DNA of 59,283 nucleotides from Octopus bimaculoides (GCF_001194135.2 NC_068983.1:167494752-167554034); one strand, 5' to 3'. Positions 1-10,778 are shown, counted from the first letter of the stretch. A program made the numbers and translations. Notes: generated by a model from the sequence alone, not told the origin.

Positions 1-138
1 ACGTGTCACCCGCACAAAAACGGCCACGCTCGAAATGGTGTCTTTTATGTGCCACCCGCACAAGCCAATCCAGGGGCACTGGCAACGATCTCGCTCGAAA
101 ATCCTACAGGAGCCAGTCAGGCGGTACTGGCAACGGCC

Positions 139-139
<1 letters not shown>
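1..139 (-). repeat. Family A repeat (RTE 3' UTR-derived), partial copy at window edge
   Basis: Same unit (ggtactggcaacggcca; cgctcgaaatggtg) as the copies at 21321..21625 and 33475..33941. Confidence 0.75.
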
Positions 140-189
<50 letters not shown>

Positions 190-389
190 TACCTACATAC
201 ACACAACTATTTCCAGCACATAATTAATAATCTCATTTCAAACATCTTGCTTAGGCCTGCCCAACTTTCAGCTAATGAGTAGAGTTTTCACTGGGCATTT
301 AATGAAGCCTTACTCAAAAGTGGTTTTAAAGAAAATTTTCATTAAGAAAAACAAAAAAAAAAAGCAAGAAAAGAAACTTAGAATCCATT

Positions 390-930
390 GAATATTGCAA
401 CTGCTTTACCATCTACTCAGATCTTCTTTAGACATTTTCAGAAGTGTTTCTCCTTAAACCACGAACATTACAAGTTCTTTAATAAAAATGCTATCAAAGT
501 TCTTATTCAACTGCTGTAATCCCAACAACTGCCTTCTAGAATCTGACTGCATGGTTTAGGATATTGTGTACCAATGTTCAGTAACTACTAATGTCTGTTC
601 AAAAGCTTACATTGGTATGACCTCAAACCCACATAAACCAAGGTTTTATTTACATACATATACCTTTAACAACCATAACAGATGTATACAAACTTCTTTA
701 GTGACATACATTTAATCATTAAAGAATATTTCAATACTGTATCATCTTAGTCAGGATATACTTTCAAGAGCTAAAGCATGCAAAGGGAATGCACTATGGA
801 GGGCTGCCATATCTTTTTTAGTAAGATATCATTTCTCAACTGTCCTCTCCAAAAAACTCTGAACTGTATTCCCAGAAGATTTAAGTCATTTAACTTCTAC
901 AAGTTGCCTTCCCACCTTGTTAATAATGGC
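390..930 (+). mobile_element. Degenerate Penelope-like element, C-terminal region with GIY-YIG endonuclease
   Basis: The frame from 512 reads CCNPNNCLLESDCMV*DIVYQCSVTTNVCSKAYIGMTSNPHKPRFYLHTYTFNNHNRCIQTSLVTYI*SLKNISILYHLSQDILSRAKAC. This matches the PLE Cys-linker / VY..YIG.T / R..H..F / YIW.LK pattern. Upstream FFRHFQKCFSLNHEHYKFFNKNAIKV also fits. In-frame stops are present. Confidence 0.75.
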
Positions 931-1421
931 CTCTATCTCTATAAGCATATGTGTATCAACTACTCTGTTTACATATTTATTCTTTCTGGTGTTCCATTCA
1001 TAAAATATTTCATGCTCTTAATTCACTCAACTAAATAATTGTTTCTTGGTGTTATTCATAATTTTAAATGCATCTGTATTGATGTGTGTGACTGTTAGCA
1101 TTGTTTTGAATTGAATTGGGTTACCCTTTTAACCAGCTTTATTCCTATAATGTCCTGGCTTCATTTTAACTCGACCTTCTGATGAGTTATTTACAAAACA
1201 GCTTAATCACCCTGCGTAGATTGATTGCTATCAAAGAAATAACACTTTTCACTCTACATGTGTCATGTTCAGAGTACTTTCTATTCAAAAGTGGCTGCTT
1301 CTATTATGTCCAGCAGATTTTTATCACTGTATAATATATGTGTGATGTGTGTGTGTGTGCATGAATGTATATACACATCCTTCTGTATCTCTCCCTGTAC
1401 CTACCTACCTACCTACCTACC

Positions 1422-1470
<49 letters not shown>

Positions 1471-1945
1471 NNNNNNNNNNNNNNNNNNNNNNNNNNNNNN
1501 NNNNNNNNNNNNNNNNNNNNNNNNNNNNNNNNNNNNNNNNNNNNNNNNNNNNNNNNNNNNNNNNNNNNNNNNNNNNNNNNNNNNNNNNNNNNNNNNNNNN
1601 NNNNNNNNNNNNNNNNNNNNNNNNNNNNNNNNNNNNNNNNNNNNNNNNNNNNNNNNNNNNNNNNNNNNNNNNNNNNNNNNNNNNNNNNNNNNNNNNNNNN
1701 NNNNNNNNNNNNNNNNNNNNNNNNNNNNNNNNNNNNNNNNNNNNNNNNNNNNNNNNNNNNNNNNNNNNNNNNNNNNNNNNNNNNNNNNNNNNNNNNNNNN
1801 NNNNNNNNNNNNNNNNNNNNNNNNNNNNNNNNNNNNNNNNNNNNNNNNNNNNNNNNNNNNNNNNNNNNNNNNNNNNNNNNNNNNNNNNNNNNNNNNNNNN
1901 NNNNNNNNNNNNNNNNNNNNNNNNNNNNNNNNNNNNNNNNNNNNN

Positions 1946-1976
<31 letters not shown>

Positions 1977-2678
1977 GTCCACTTACCAACTTACCTATCT
2001 ACCAACCTACCTGTCTATCAACTCACCAGTAATCCTTCCATAGTCACCAAACAAAAAGGTTAGCCTAAGGAAATTATGTTCATATATACTTAAATGGTAT
2101 ATATATATATATATATATATACATGTGTGTGTGTGTATGTATGTCTGTAGGTATTGTATATATATATACTACATAGTTTGTATAATGCTTATTTTTTCTA
2201 CATAACATCCTTGTAACCAATAATAAACAAATGTATATGAAAAAATAAAAAGCTAAGACTAAATTTGATGCAACATTTTCCATATTTTCCCCTGGCTTCA
2301 TGCAATTGGTGCCCTGCAAATCCCTCAATTTCTGTTGTGTTTTTTTTTACATAATGAAGCCAAATGATAAGTTTGATGAGATGTGAAACGAATGATTTCA
2401 TCTCAAGGTAAATACTCTAACGAGGGAAATTCATCCAAGGTATTAATGATTTACAAAACTTTCAATAATCCTATTTGAAGCCTACAGATAGAAGCGTGTA
2501 ATGAAATTAGTGTGAATGGTGTTCATGGATTATAGTTTGAATGGAATTATGATCAGGAAATAGCAGGAAGAGATTATGCAAGTATCGACTTCCCTTCATC
2601 TTAGTCTCATGTAGCTACAACTTACTTTAGAGTCAACAAGAAACACACAACAGCAATCGTTTCAAACTGAGATGTTGT

Positions 2679-2983
2679 CATCATCATCATCATCATTATA
2701 ATTGCTTAACGACCACTTTCCATGCTGGCATGGGTTGGACAATTTAACTGGGGGACTGGCAAGCAAGGAGGCTGCTCCAAGCTTCAGCCTTCCATGCTAG
2801 CATGGGTTGGACGATTTGACTGACGACTGGCGAACCAGATGGCTGCACCAGGCTCCAATCTGATCTGGCAGAGTTTCTAAAGATGGATGCCCTTCCTAAC
2901 GTCAACCACTCCGAGAGTGTAGTGGGTACTTTTACATGCCACCGGCACGAGGGCCAGTCAGACGGTACTGGCAACGGCCATGC
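2679..2983 (-). repeat. Family A repeat, older and newer copy in tandem
   Basis: (CAT)n, then ccatgct(g/a)gcatgggttggac twice, then the ggatgcccttcctaac core; runs into an N-gap. Confidence 0.8.
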
Positions 2984-3813
2984 NNNNNNNNNNNNNNNNN
3001 NNNNNNNNNNNNNNNNNNNNNNNNNNNNNNNNNNNNNNNNNNNNNNNNNNNNNNNNNNNNNNNNNNNNNNNNNNNNNNNNNNNNNNNNNNNNNNNNNNNN
3101 NNNNNNNNNNNNNNNNNNNNNNNNNNNNNNNNNNNNNNNNNNNNNNNNNNNNNNNNNNNNNNNNNNNNNNNNNNNNNNNNNNNNNNNNNNNNNNNNNNNN
3201 NNNNNNNNNNNNNNNNNNNNNNNNNNNNNNNNNNNNNNNNNNNNNNNNNNNNNNNNNNNNNNNNNNNNNNNNNNNNNNNNNNNNNNNNNNNNNNNNNNNN
3301 NNNNNNNNNNNNNNNNNNNNNNNNNNNNNNNNNNNNNNNNNNNNNNNNNNNNNNNNNNNNNNNNNNNNNNNNNNNNNNNNNNNNNNNNNNNNNNNNNNNN
3401 NNNNNNNNNNNNNNNNNNNNNNNNNNNNNNNNNNNNNNNNNNNNNNNNNNNNNNNNNNNNNNNNNNNNNNNNNNNNNNNNNNNNNNNNNNNNNNNNNNNN
3501 NNNNNNNNNNNNNNNNNNNNNNNNNNNNNNNNNNNNNNNNNNNNNNNNNNNNNNNNNNNNNNNNNNNNNNNNNNNNNNNNNNNNNNNNNNNNNNNNNNNN
3601 NNNNNNNNNNNNNNNNNNNNNNNNNNNNNNNNNNNNNNNNNNNNNNNNNNNNNNNNNNNNNNNNNNNNNNNNNNNNNNNNNNNNNNNNNNNNNNNNNNNN
3701 NNNNNNNNNNNNNNNNNNNNNNNNNNNNNNNNNNNNNNNNNNNNNNNNNNNNNNNNNNNNNNNNNNNNNNNNNNNNNNNNNNNNNNNNNNNNNNNNNNNN
3801 NNNNNNNNNNNNN

Positions 3814-4090
3814 ACCCATGGATTTCCACCTCTTTCGATCTCTTTCAAATGTTATGCGGGGAGTTTCGTTCAATACTGATGCAGAATTGAGAGCTTAGTG
3901 GGATCAATATTTCGAGTCAAAATCAGGTGATTTCTACCAACGAGGTATTGAAAATCTTGTTGAACGTTGGGAAGAAGTTGTAAACCCCAAGGGTGAATAC
4001 ATTATTGATTAATTAGTTGTTATTTTTTATTAAACCTTTTAAAAAGTTTAAATTTAAAAAAACGGCAGGAACTTAGTTGCCAATCCAATA
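3814..4090 (+). mobile_element. mariner transposon 3' end (transposase C-terminus plus right TIR)
   Basis: PMDFHLFRSLSNVMRGVSFNTDAELRA*WDQYFESKSGDFYQRGIENLVERWEEVVNPKGEYIID* matches the mariner DYHLF / FY..GI..L..RW motifs. The TIR-like aaaaaaacggcaggaacttagttgccaatccaata is followed by TA/(TA)n. The rest is hidden in gap 2984..3813. Confidence 0.85.
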
Positions 4091-4481
4091 TATATATATA
4101 TATAAATCAGTATTCAGGGCAAGTGAGTAAGTACATTGGCTTTGCCACATACTTAAAGAAGACGCGAAATGTCTCTAAGCTACCTTACAATTATCACAAT
4201 AAATACATGTCAAATTCAGGAAAATAAACAAAAAAGATTCATATATACATATATACATATATATATATGTACATATGTATACATATGTGTGTGTATATAG
4301 ATTTATATATATATATGTATATATATATAAACATATATATATATATGTATGTATGTATATATATATGAGAGATTTTGGTATCCAGAAGATCCGAAAGGCA
4401 GTTAAGGCTATGTAATTGCTATGGAAGGACCACTGTTAGACTCCCGGTTCAGTAATAGTGAGGAGTCTAACGTGGGTTGTG

Positions 4482-4812
4482 TGTATAGGTTAAATAAAAT
4501 GAGACAACAAAGCCAAGGCGGTGTGAAATTTCTAGGACATTTTATAAAGAGAAGAGTAGTCTTACAGCTGTTTCAGGGATGTAAAAGATATAAAAGATTT
4601 CCTTTTATACTTCTTATATCTCTCCCTTTCCAAAATAACTTTTTATATTGAACTCTAGTATTCCCTTCTATTTAACTCTTTCATATTGTCACTGATGATA
4701 GGATATCCTTTATATCCCTGAAACAGCTGTAACACTACTCTTCTCTTTATAAAATGTCCTAGAAATTTCACACTGCCTTGGCTTTGTTGACTCATTTTAT
4801 TTAACCTATACA
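4482..4812. repeat. Inverted repeat, ~110-bp arms (4482..4591 / 4703..4812), probably PLE pseudo-LTR derived
   Basis: The left arm tataggttaaataaaatgagacaacaaagccaaggcgg...ttacagctgtttcagggat is the near-perfect reverse complement of the right arm, with a few substitutions. Confidence 0.9.
4685..4738 (+). ncRNA. Candidate minimal type I hammerhead ribozyme motif (PLE-like), probably degenerate
   Basis: CTGATGA at 4692..4698, stem II agg-atat/atat-(c)-cct, GAAA at 4720..4723, palindromic stem III ACAGCTGT, GUA at 4729..4731. Stem I pairs poorly in this copy. Confidence 0.5.
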
Positions 4813-4822
4813 TATATATATA

Positions 4823-5014
4823 TCATCATCATCGTTTAACGTCCGCTTTCCATGCTAGCATGGGTTGGACGATTTGACTGAGGACTGGTGAACCAGGTGG
4901 CTACACCAGGATCCAATCTGATTTGGCAGAGTTTCTATAGCTGGCTGCCCTTCCTAATGCTAACCACTCCGAGAGTGTAGTGGGTGCCAGCACGAAGGCC
5001 AGTCAGGCGGTACT
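4823..5014 (-). repeat. Family A repeat, young copy
   Basis: catcatcatcgtttaacgtccgctttccatgctagcatgggttggacgatttgactgaggactgg... is nearly identical to the copies at 5509, 21321, 33475 and 48605. Confidence 0.9.
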
Positions 5015-5039
5015 CTCTCTCTCTCTTTCTCTCTCTCTC

Positions 5040-5075
<36 letters not shown>

Positions 5076-5508
5076 TAAATGTACACATGCAAAATGAGAG
5101 AAAGCAGAAGGTGGAAACTTTGAGATGATGAATTTTTAAGTCTCAATCTATAGATATCTATATTAATGTCCAACTTACACAGTGTACAAACGACAGAGAA
5201 AATTAAAGGGGTGGAAAAAAGGTGTTATAATTCCCATGGTCGTTTCTGGGGGCTCAGCGTTCCATAATAATGCTGGTAGATTTAGTTCATCACAATATGC
5301 TGCTGTATGGATGCAATTAACATAGGATGAGTTGAGCCTCTTTCATCAGGATAGAGATCTTACATTTTAGATCTAAATGCAGAGAAGTTCAAAGATGGAA
5401 TTTCATCTTTGAATTTGGAACTATTAATATTAGTATCTATATATTTATACTTAAAAATTCATCGTCTGAAAGTCTCCACCTTTTGCTTTCTTTCATTTTG
5501 CATGTATA

Positions 5509-5721
5509 CATCATCATCACTGTTTAACGTCCGCTTTCCATGCTAGCATGGGTTGGACGATTTGACTGAGGACTGGTGAACCGGATGGCTACACCAGGCT
5601 CCAATCTGATTTGGCAGAGTTTCTACAGCTGGATGCCCTTCTTAATGCCAACCACTCCAAGAGTGTAGTGGGTGCTTTTACATGCCACCGGCACGAAGGC
5701 CAGTCAGGAGGTACTGGCAAC
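5509..5721 (-). repeat. Family A repeat, young copy
   Basis: Same sequence as 4823..5014, extending to ggtactggcaac. Confidence 0.9.
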
Positions 5722-6184
5722 ATCCAAACTGCTATATATTTGTTGTATCTAATTTATTTGCATAATTCTCCTCTCTATCTACTCAACCTGATCCCTCTTA
5801 TAGCCTTTCTTTACCCTGTGGAATGATCCCCTGTAAAGACATTGGAGTCAAAGTTTGAGTCTTTTGAGTACTACTAAATGTATTCTATATGGAGAATCTG
5901 TGGGCCTCATCTCTGGACTATGTGTGTGTGTGTGTAAACCATAGAAGTCTGGAGGTATGAGAGATGAATAAATATTTATTTAATCACATGATATCCTTAG
6001 GATTACAGCTGTTTTGTAGCATTCTTCATGCTGTATTAGTTTCAGTGTTATTATGCCTACATGTTTGCATTAATATGTAAGCTCCACATTATCCATTACG
6101 AATCAATGGCAGTAAAGAAAGCTAGTTTATGAGATTGCCAGAATAACATGGTTACACCAACGATCAGCTCAATGCGTGTGTGTG

Positions 6185-6219
<35 letters not shown>

Positions 6220-6224
6220 GTGTG

Positions 6225-6375
6225 TGTTTTCCTGTCTCCTTGATTTAACAACAGGGAGTAGTTTTAAACGAGTGTTACTGTCATGCAAGATGTGTTTTTT
6301 TTGTTTCCAGTTTTCCATGTAATTTCACCTGGGCATAATGGAATATTAACTTACTTGGAAGCAGGTGAGGTTTGG
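6225..6375 (+). repeat. Partial SINE family C body
   Basis: Follows (TG)n; acttggaagcaggtgagg matches the reverse complement of cctcacctgcttccaagtaag at ~43003. Confidence 0.55.
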
Positions 6376-7004
6376 AGATGGGCTAATATACAATCTCTCT
6401 GATCCAAATTGTTTTCAAGGTCACATATACAGTATGGATGGAAAATGCTGTTGAAATGAAAAGGACAAAGTGGAGTAGTGTGGGTTTTGATTGCCCAATG
6501 CAGCGGCCAAATTGGCTGCCTTTCCCTCCTTAAACATAAACGTACCTTCAACTACAGCATACACATATATGCGCATGTACACACACACGCGCACACACAC
6601 ACACACACAACATAGTGGCAGCCCTGTCCGCACACTCATGGTCTGGTGCACTCTACACACCACTGAATCAACAGAGGTGATCAGTTAGAGGAATCAAGAG
6701 AGCAAATTAATGTCTTATTCAACTAAAATGGTGGATTAGTAAAGTGGTGGAATTGAGACAAGACAAATTGATAACTCATTCAAGTAAAGCATGTTTTATT
6801 CTAAGATTAGTTGATGCAAAAGTATAAAAAAAATCCATTTTTGCTTATAGTTTGTTCTGGTTGAATTCAAGAGAGAAAGAGAGTGGGAGGTTGTGGGCAT
6901 TTTCGAGTTTTGAGTGAAAAGTACTTACTGACCAACTCTTCACCTGGTTGCATAAGGTCTATCCTCAAAATTAGTCCTTTTCAATTAAAAGAATCGATGC
7001 ATGC

Positions 7005-7200
7005 TTAACCCTTTTCTTACTATATTTCTCATGGAATACACTGCTTTTCTTTTAATTACTTTTGAAATAATGAAGAGTTTAATAAAACAATTCATCAGTT
7101 TGATATTTAGAATATCAATGAAGACGATATTTTGACAGAAAGTTTAATTTAGATCTCTTTAAAACAGGAAGTTTGCATCATAGAATCAGGGACAGTGTCA
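7005..7200. mobile_element. Truncated TTAA-CCCT (piggyBac-like) MITE
   Basis: Starts ttaacccttt, the same kind of end as 44365..44573; no right end seen. Confidence 0.35.
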
Positions 7201-9518
7201 GTGGAGCCGTTTTGATAGCAACCCTTTGGAGCTCCTTCACAGAATGATAACGCACTACCACCACCACCACCACCACAATCACATTCAACTTAAACAAAAC
7301 AAGCTTGATTTGAAATCCATTCATTGTCCCATATTTATATCCTACACTTGACTACATAACTATCTTTGAAGAAGAGCCCCACAAAAGCTAGTCTGTGCTT
7401 CTCACAATATACCAACTTGCTTTCTTTTATCCACATTTCCTCACCGATTCAACACGGACCATCGCTATGCCAATAATTCTAATGACTGTCTTTTACATCC
7501 TTTCTCTCTCTCCTTTCCCTTCTCCGTGTTTCGTTATTCGATTTTAAGACTTTCTTCCTGCTTCTCTCCACCGCGTCCACAGTGCTCATCACCTTGCTCC
7601 CCTCCTTATCTCTGCCAATCGATTGAATTCTCTCATATCTATGCACTTCACTTCTAAATCAATACTAATATGAAACGAAGGGCGAAACGAGTGTCAGAAG
7701 AAAAGGTAAGCCCGCAGCCAGTCGTACCTGGGTACCGGTTTCGATATCAAAAGATGACAATTACACGATGAATCGTTAAAGCTCCCGAGAAGGGCTCAAT
7801 ATCGCAATCTGTCTTTCTTTGTGTCTTATCAACACCAGTAGATATGTGCCAATAGATTGGTGAACGGGGAATTCTCGGTGAACCGGTTTCGATTTCTTGT
7901 TGGGATCGGTTCGACCTTAATTCTTCCAAAAAGACTTCTCATATTTCTTTATATTGTAATCGAGACGAAATATCAGAAAAATAATCATCAATACGACCAA
8001 GCAAGTGCAAATCAGCAGAAGCTGTAAAGTCGCTTTTAATTCTTGCGTTAAACTGGGTAATCTGCTCTGTTTATTTTCTTATAATTACATCTAAAAGTGA
8101 GAACAAGACAAAAAAAAAAAAAAGAAAAGAAAGAAAAGGAAGATTTTAAAGATGGATTCGAATAAAAGAATTCATTAAAAGAAATAAATGACGGTGTGGT
8201 GTTAACACCACAGACGGTAAACACGATGCGAAGGTGAGGAGAGAGAGAGAGAGAGAGAACGTCAGAGCGGCGCGCGCGCACGGGGAGTGTGTGTGTGTTT
8301 GCGTGCGTGCGCGCTACTACACATATATGTTAGCGTGTGTATTTGTATTATTGCATAAGTGTGTATGCTTGTGTGTGTGCGTGTGTGTGTGTGTATATAT
8401 ATGTTTGTGTGTGTGTGTGCATGTAATTGTGTGTGCGTGTGATAAAGGCAGAGAGAAAGAGAGACAGAAGGGAAGAGAAAGAGATTTGAAAGGATGAAAA
8501 TAAGCAAGTACACAAGAAATTTGTGTTAAATCGGGGAAAAATATGACAGAATTGAAAATAATTGTGCGTGTAGAGAGAGAGAGAGAGAGAGAGAGAGAGN
8601 NNNNNNNNNNNNNNNNNNNNNNNNNNNNNNNNNNNNNNNNNNNNNNNNNNNNNNNNNNNNNNNNNNNNNNNNNNNNNNNNNNNNNNNNNNNNNNNNNNNN
8701 NNNNNNNNNNNNNNNNNNNNNNNNNNNNNNNNNNNNNNNNNNNNNNNNNNNNNNNNNNNNNNNNNNNNNNNNNNNNNNNNNNNNNNNNNNNNNNNNNNNN
8801 NNNNNNNNNNNNNNNNNNNNNNNNNNNNNNNNNNNNNNNNNNNNNNNNNNNNNNNNNNNNNNNNNNNNNNNNNNNNNNNNNNNNNNNNNNNNNNNNNNNN
8901 NNNNNNNNNNNNNNNNNNNNNNNNNNNNNNNNNNNATAGGATACAAGAGAGATATGATTAAATGATTAAGTAATTGTAAAAAAAAAATGAAACGAAGGAA
9001 ATGAGGGAAAGTGAAAGTGGGTGTTATAGTAAAGATAAATGATGATATTGTGTAAAGAAGAAAGTCAAGAGAGAGAGGGGAGAGAGGGAGATAGCGAGGG
9101 GGAGGGGAGAGAGAGAGAGGGAGAGCGGTGGTGGTGGTGGAGGAATGAAAAGGAGGGAGACTAGTTTAACCAGCGGCCTAACTATTAGGATGAGTCTTAA
9201 TCGCTTCGTCTGCATCCATATTGTCGGTAAAAAAACTTAACCCATCTAAGTCGACAGCTGTGGAGGTTATATTGTTGCCAGCAGTAGTAGTAGTATCAGG
9301 GTTGCAACACACACCTTCACTCATACTGCTATCCATTCCCTTAACACACACACACACATGCTCGTATTAACCACAGTTTCAACGCTTGTCTCCTGTGTGG
9401 CACACGTTTGTTTTTTTATTCCTCCGGTTCGCTTGACTTGAGATTATTTTCCTATTGAAACAGTTCTGCAACTTCTTTTATAATATCTTAAATTACACCA
9501 AACAACACCACCGTCCAA

Positions 9519-10778
9519 ATGGTGACAGCTATTCCAGAAGTTGGCAGCGATGCTAGCGGTGAGCCTTCCATGGACGATGACAAACAGAAGAGAAAACCTG
9601 AAGACGACAACGATGTCGATAACCAGAAGTACAACGAAACGAGGAAACGAGGAGTCGAAAGTTCGATTACCGGTGATTCCACCACCCCGACGATCAACTC
9701 AAACGATAAGGATGTGATTCCCTACCACGAACAATCTCCTGAGATGAGAATGGAAGCTTTCGAAAAAGATAAACTGCCATCAATTATTGAAATTAAGCGG
9801 AAATTACCAAAGCATTGCTTCGAACCGATTCTATCTCTTTCGCTTTACTATGTTTTCAGAGACTTGGCCATTCTCTTTGTTCTTTATCATACCACAGATT
9901 TGTCCTATTATTACCTTCCGTCTTGGCTATTTTGGTTAGGGGTCACACCTTCTTACTGGTTGGTTCAAGGAACCGTACTGTTTGGAATATTCGTTCTTGG
10001 ACATGATTGCGGTCACGGTTCGTTTTCTAGATATCAGCTGTTTAATGATATCATAGGAACACTATTACATACCATTCTTTTAGTACCTTATTATGCATGG
10101 AAACTATCGCACCGAAACCATCACAAAAACACGGGTAATTTCGAAAAAGATGAGGTTTTCTATCCGATCGAAGAATCAATAAAGAAAGACAGGGTTTTAA
10201 TACCTGGCTTTGGACTCGGCATCGGTTGGTTTATTTATTTGTTTGAAGGATACAGCCCAAGACGGGTCTTCCATTTCAACCCTTTTGAAACTTTATTCAA
10301 AAAACACATCATGGCTATTTATATATCCATTATAACAATTCTCGGATGGCTGATGTGTTTGTACTATTATTATTTGCAACGAGGATTCTGTGATATGATT
10401 TACTTCTATTTCGTCCCTATTTTCGTGTATGCTTCCTGGCTAGTTATCTGTACATTCCTGCACCACAACGACTCAGGTATTCCCTGGTATAAGAGCGAAG
10501 AGTGGACCTACGTTCGTGGTCAGCTTTCCAGCGTCGACCGTAATTACGGTTGGGCGCATGACCTCACCCATTCCATCGACACCCACCAAGTACATCACCT
10601 GTTTCCTTCGATGCCTCATTATTACCTGGATGAAGCGACCAAATGCTTTCGCAAGGCTTTCCCTCAGCTTGTCAGAATCAACAACGAACGCATCGTTCCG
10701 ACCTTCATCAGTACTTACTTCAAGTTTGCACGCGATTCTTATGTGAAAAAGGATTCCTTAATACATTGGTATAAATAG
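9519..10778 (+). CDS. Methyl-end (omega-x; omega-3/Delta12-type) membrane fatty acid desaturase, single exon, 419 aa
   Basis: Uninterrupted ORF with an in-frame stop upstream (9489..9491). His boxes are HDCGH (10002..10016), HRNHH (10110..10124) and HQVHH (10584..10598). Family motifs include EIKRKLPKHCF, KNTGNFEKDEVFYP, FLHH and EWTYVRGQLSSVDRNYG, with hydrophobic transmembrane stretches. There is no cytochrome b5 domain, and the third box starts with H (methyl-end rather than front-end type). Confidence 0.96.
   Translation: MVTAIPEVGSDASGEPSMDDDKQKRKPEDDNDVDNQKYNETRKRGVESSITGDSTTPTINSNDKDVIPYHEQSPEMRMEAFEKDKLPSIIEIKRKLPKHCFEPILSLSLYYVFRDLAILFVLYHTTDLSYYYLPSWLFWLGVTPSYWLVQGTVLFGIFVLGHDCGHGSFSRYQLFNDIIGTLLHTILLVPYYAWKLSHRNHHKNTGNFEKDEVFYPIEESIKKDRVLIPGFGLGIGWFIYLFEGYSPRRVFHFNPFETLFKKHIMAIYISIITILGWLMCLYYYYLQRGFCDMIYFYFVPIFVYASWLVICTFLHHNDSGIPWYKSEEWTYVRGQLSSVDRNYGWAHDLTHSIDTHQVHHLFPSMPHYYLDEATKCFRKAFPQLVRINNERIVPTFISTYFKFARDSYVKKDSLIHWYK

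Noticed and set aside
6355-6447. 93-nt minus-strand exon candidate with strong acceptor and GTAAGT donor
   Set aside because: The donor half lies inside a SINE family C copy (same sequence at ~43003), and the peptide is unrecognisable.
9519-10778. Desaturase as microbial or dietary contamination
   Set aside because: It is contiguous on both sides with host-type microsatellites and with SINE families found throughout the window; the gap at 8600..8935 means long-read confirmation is still desirable.
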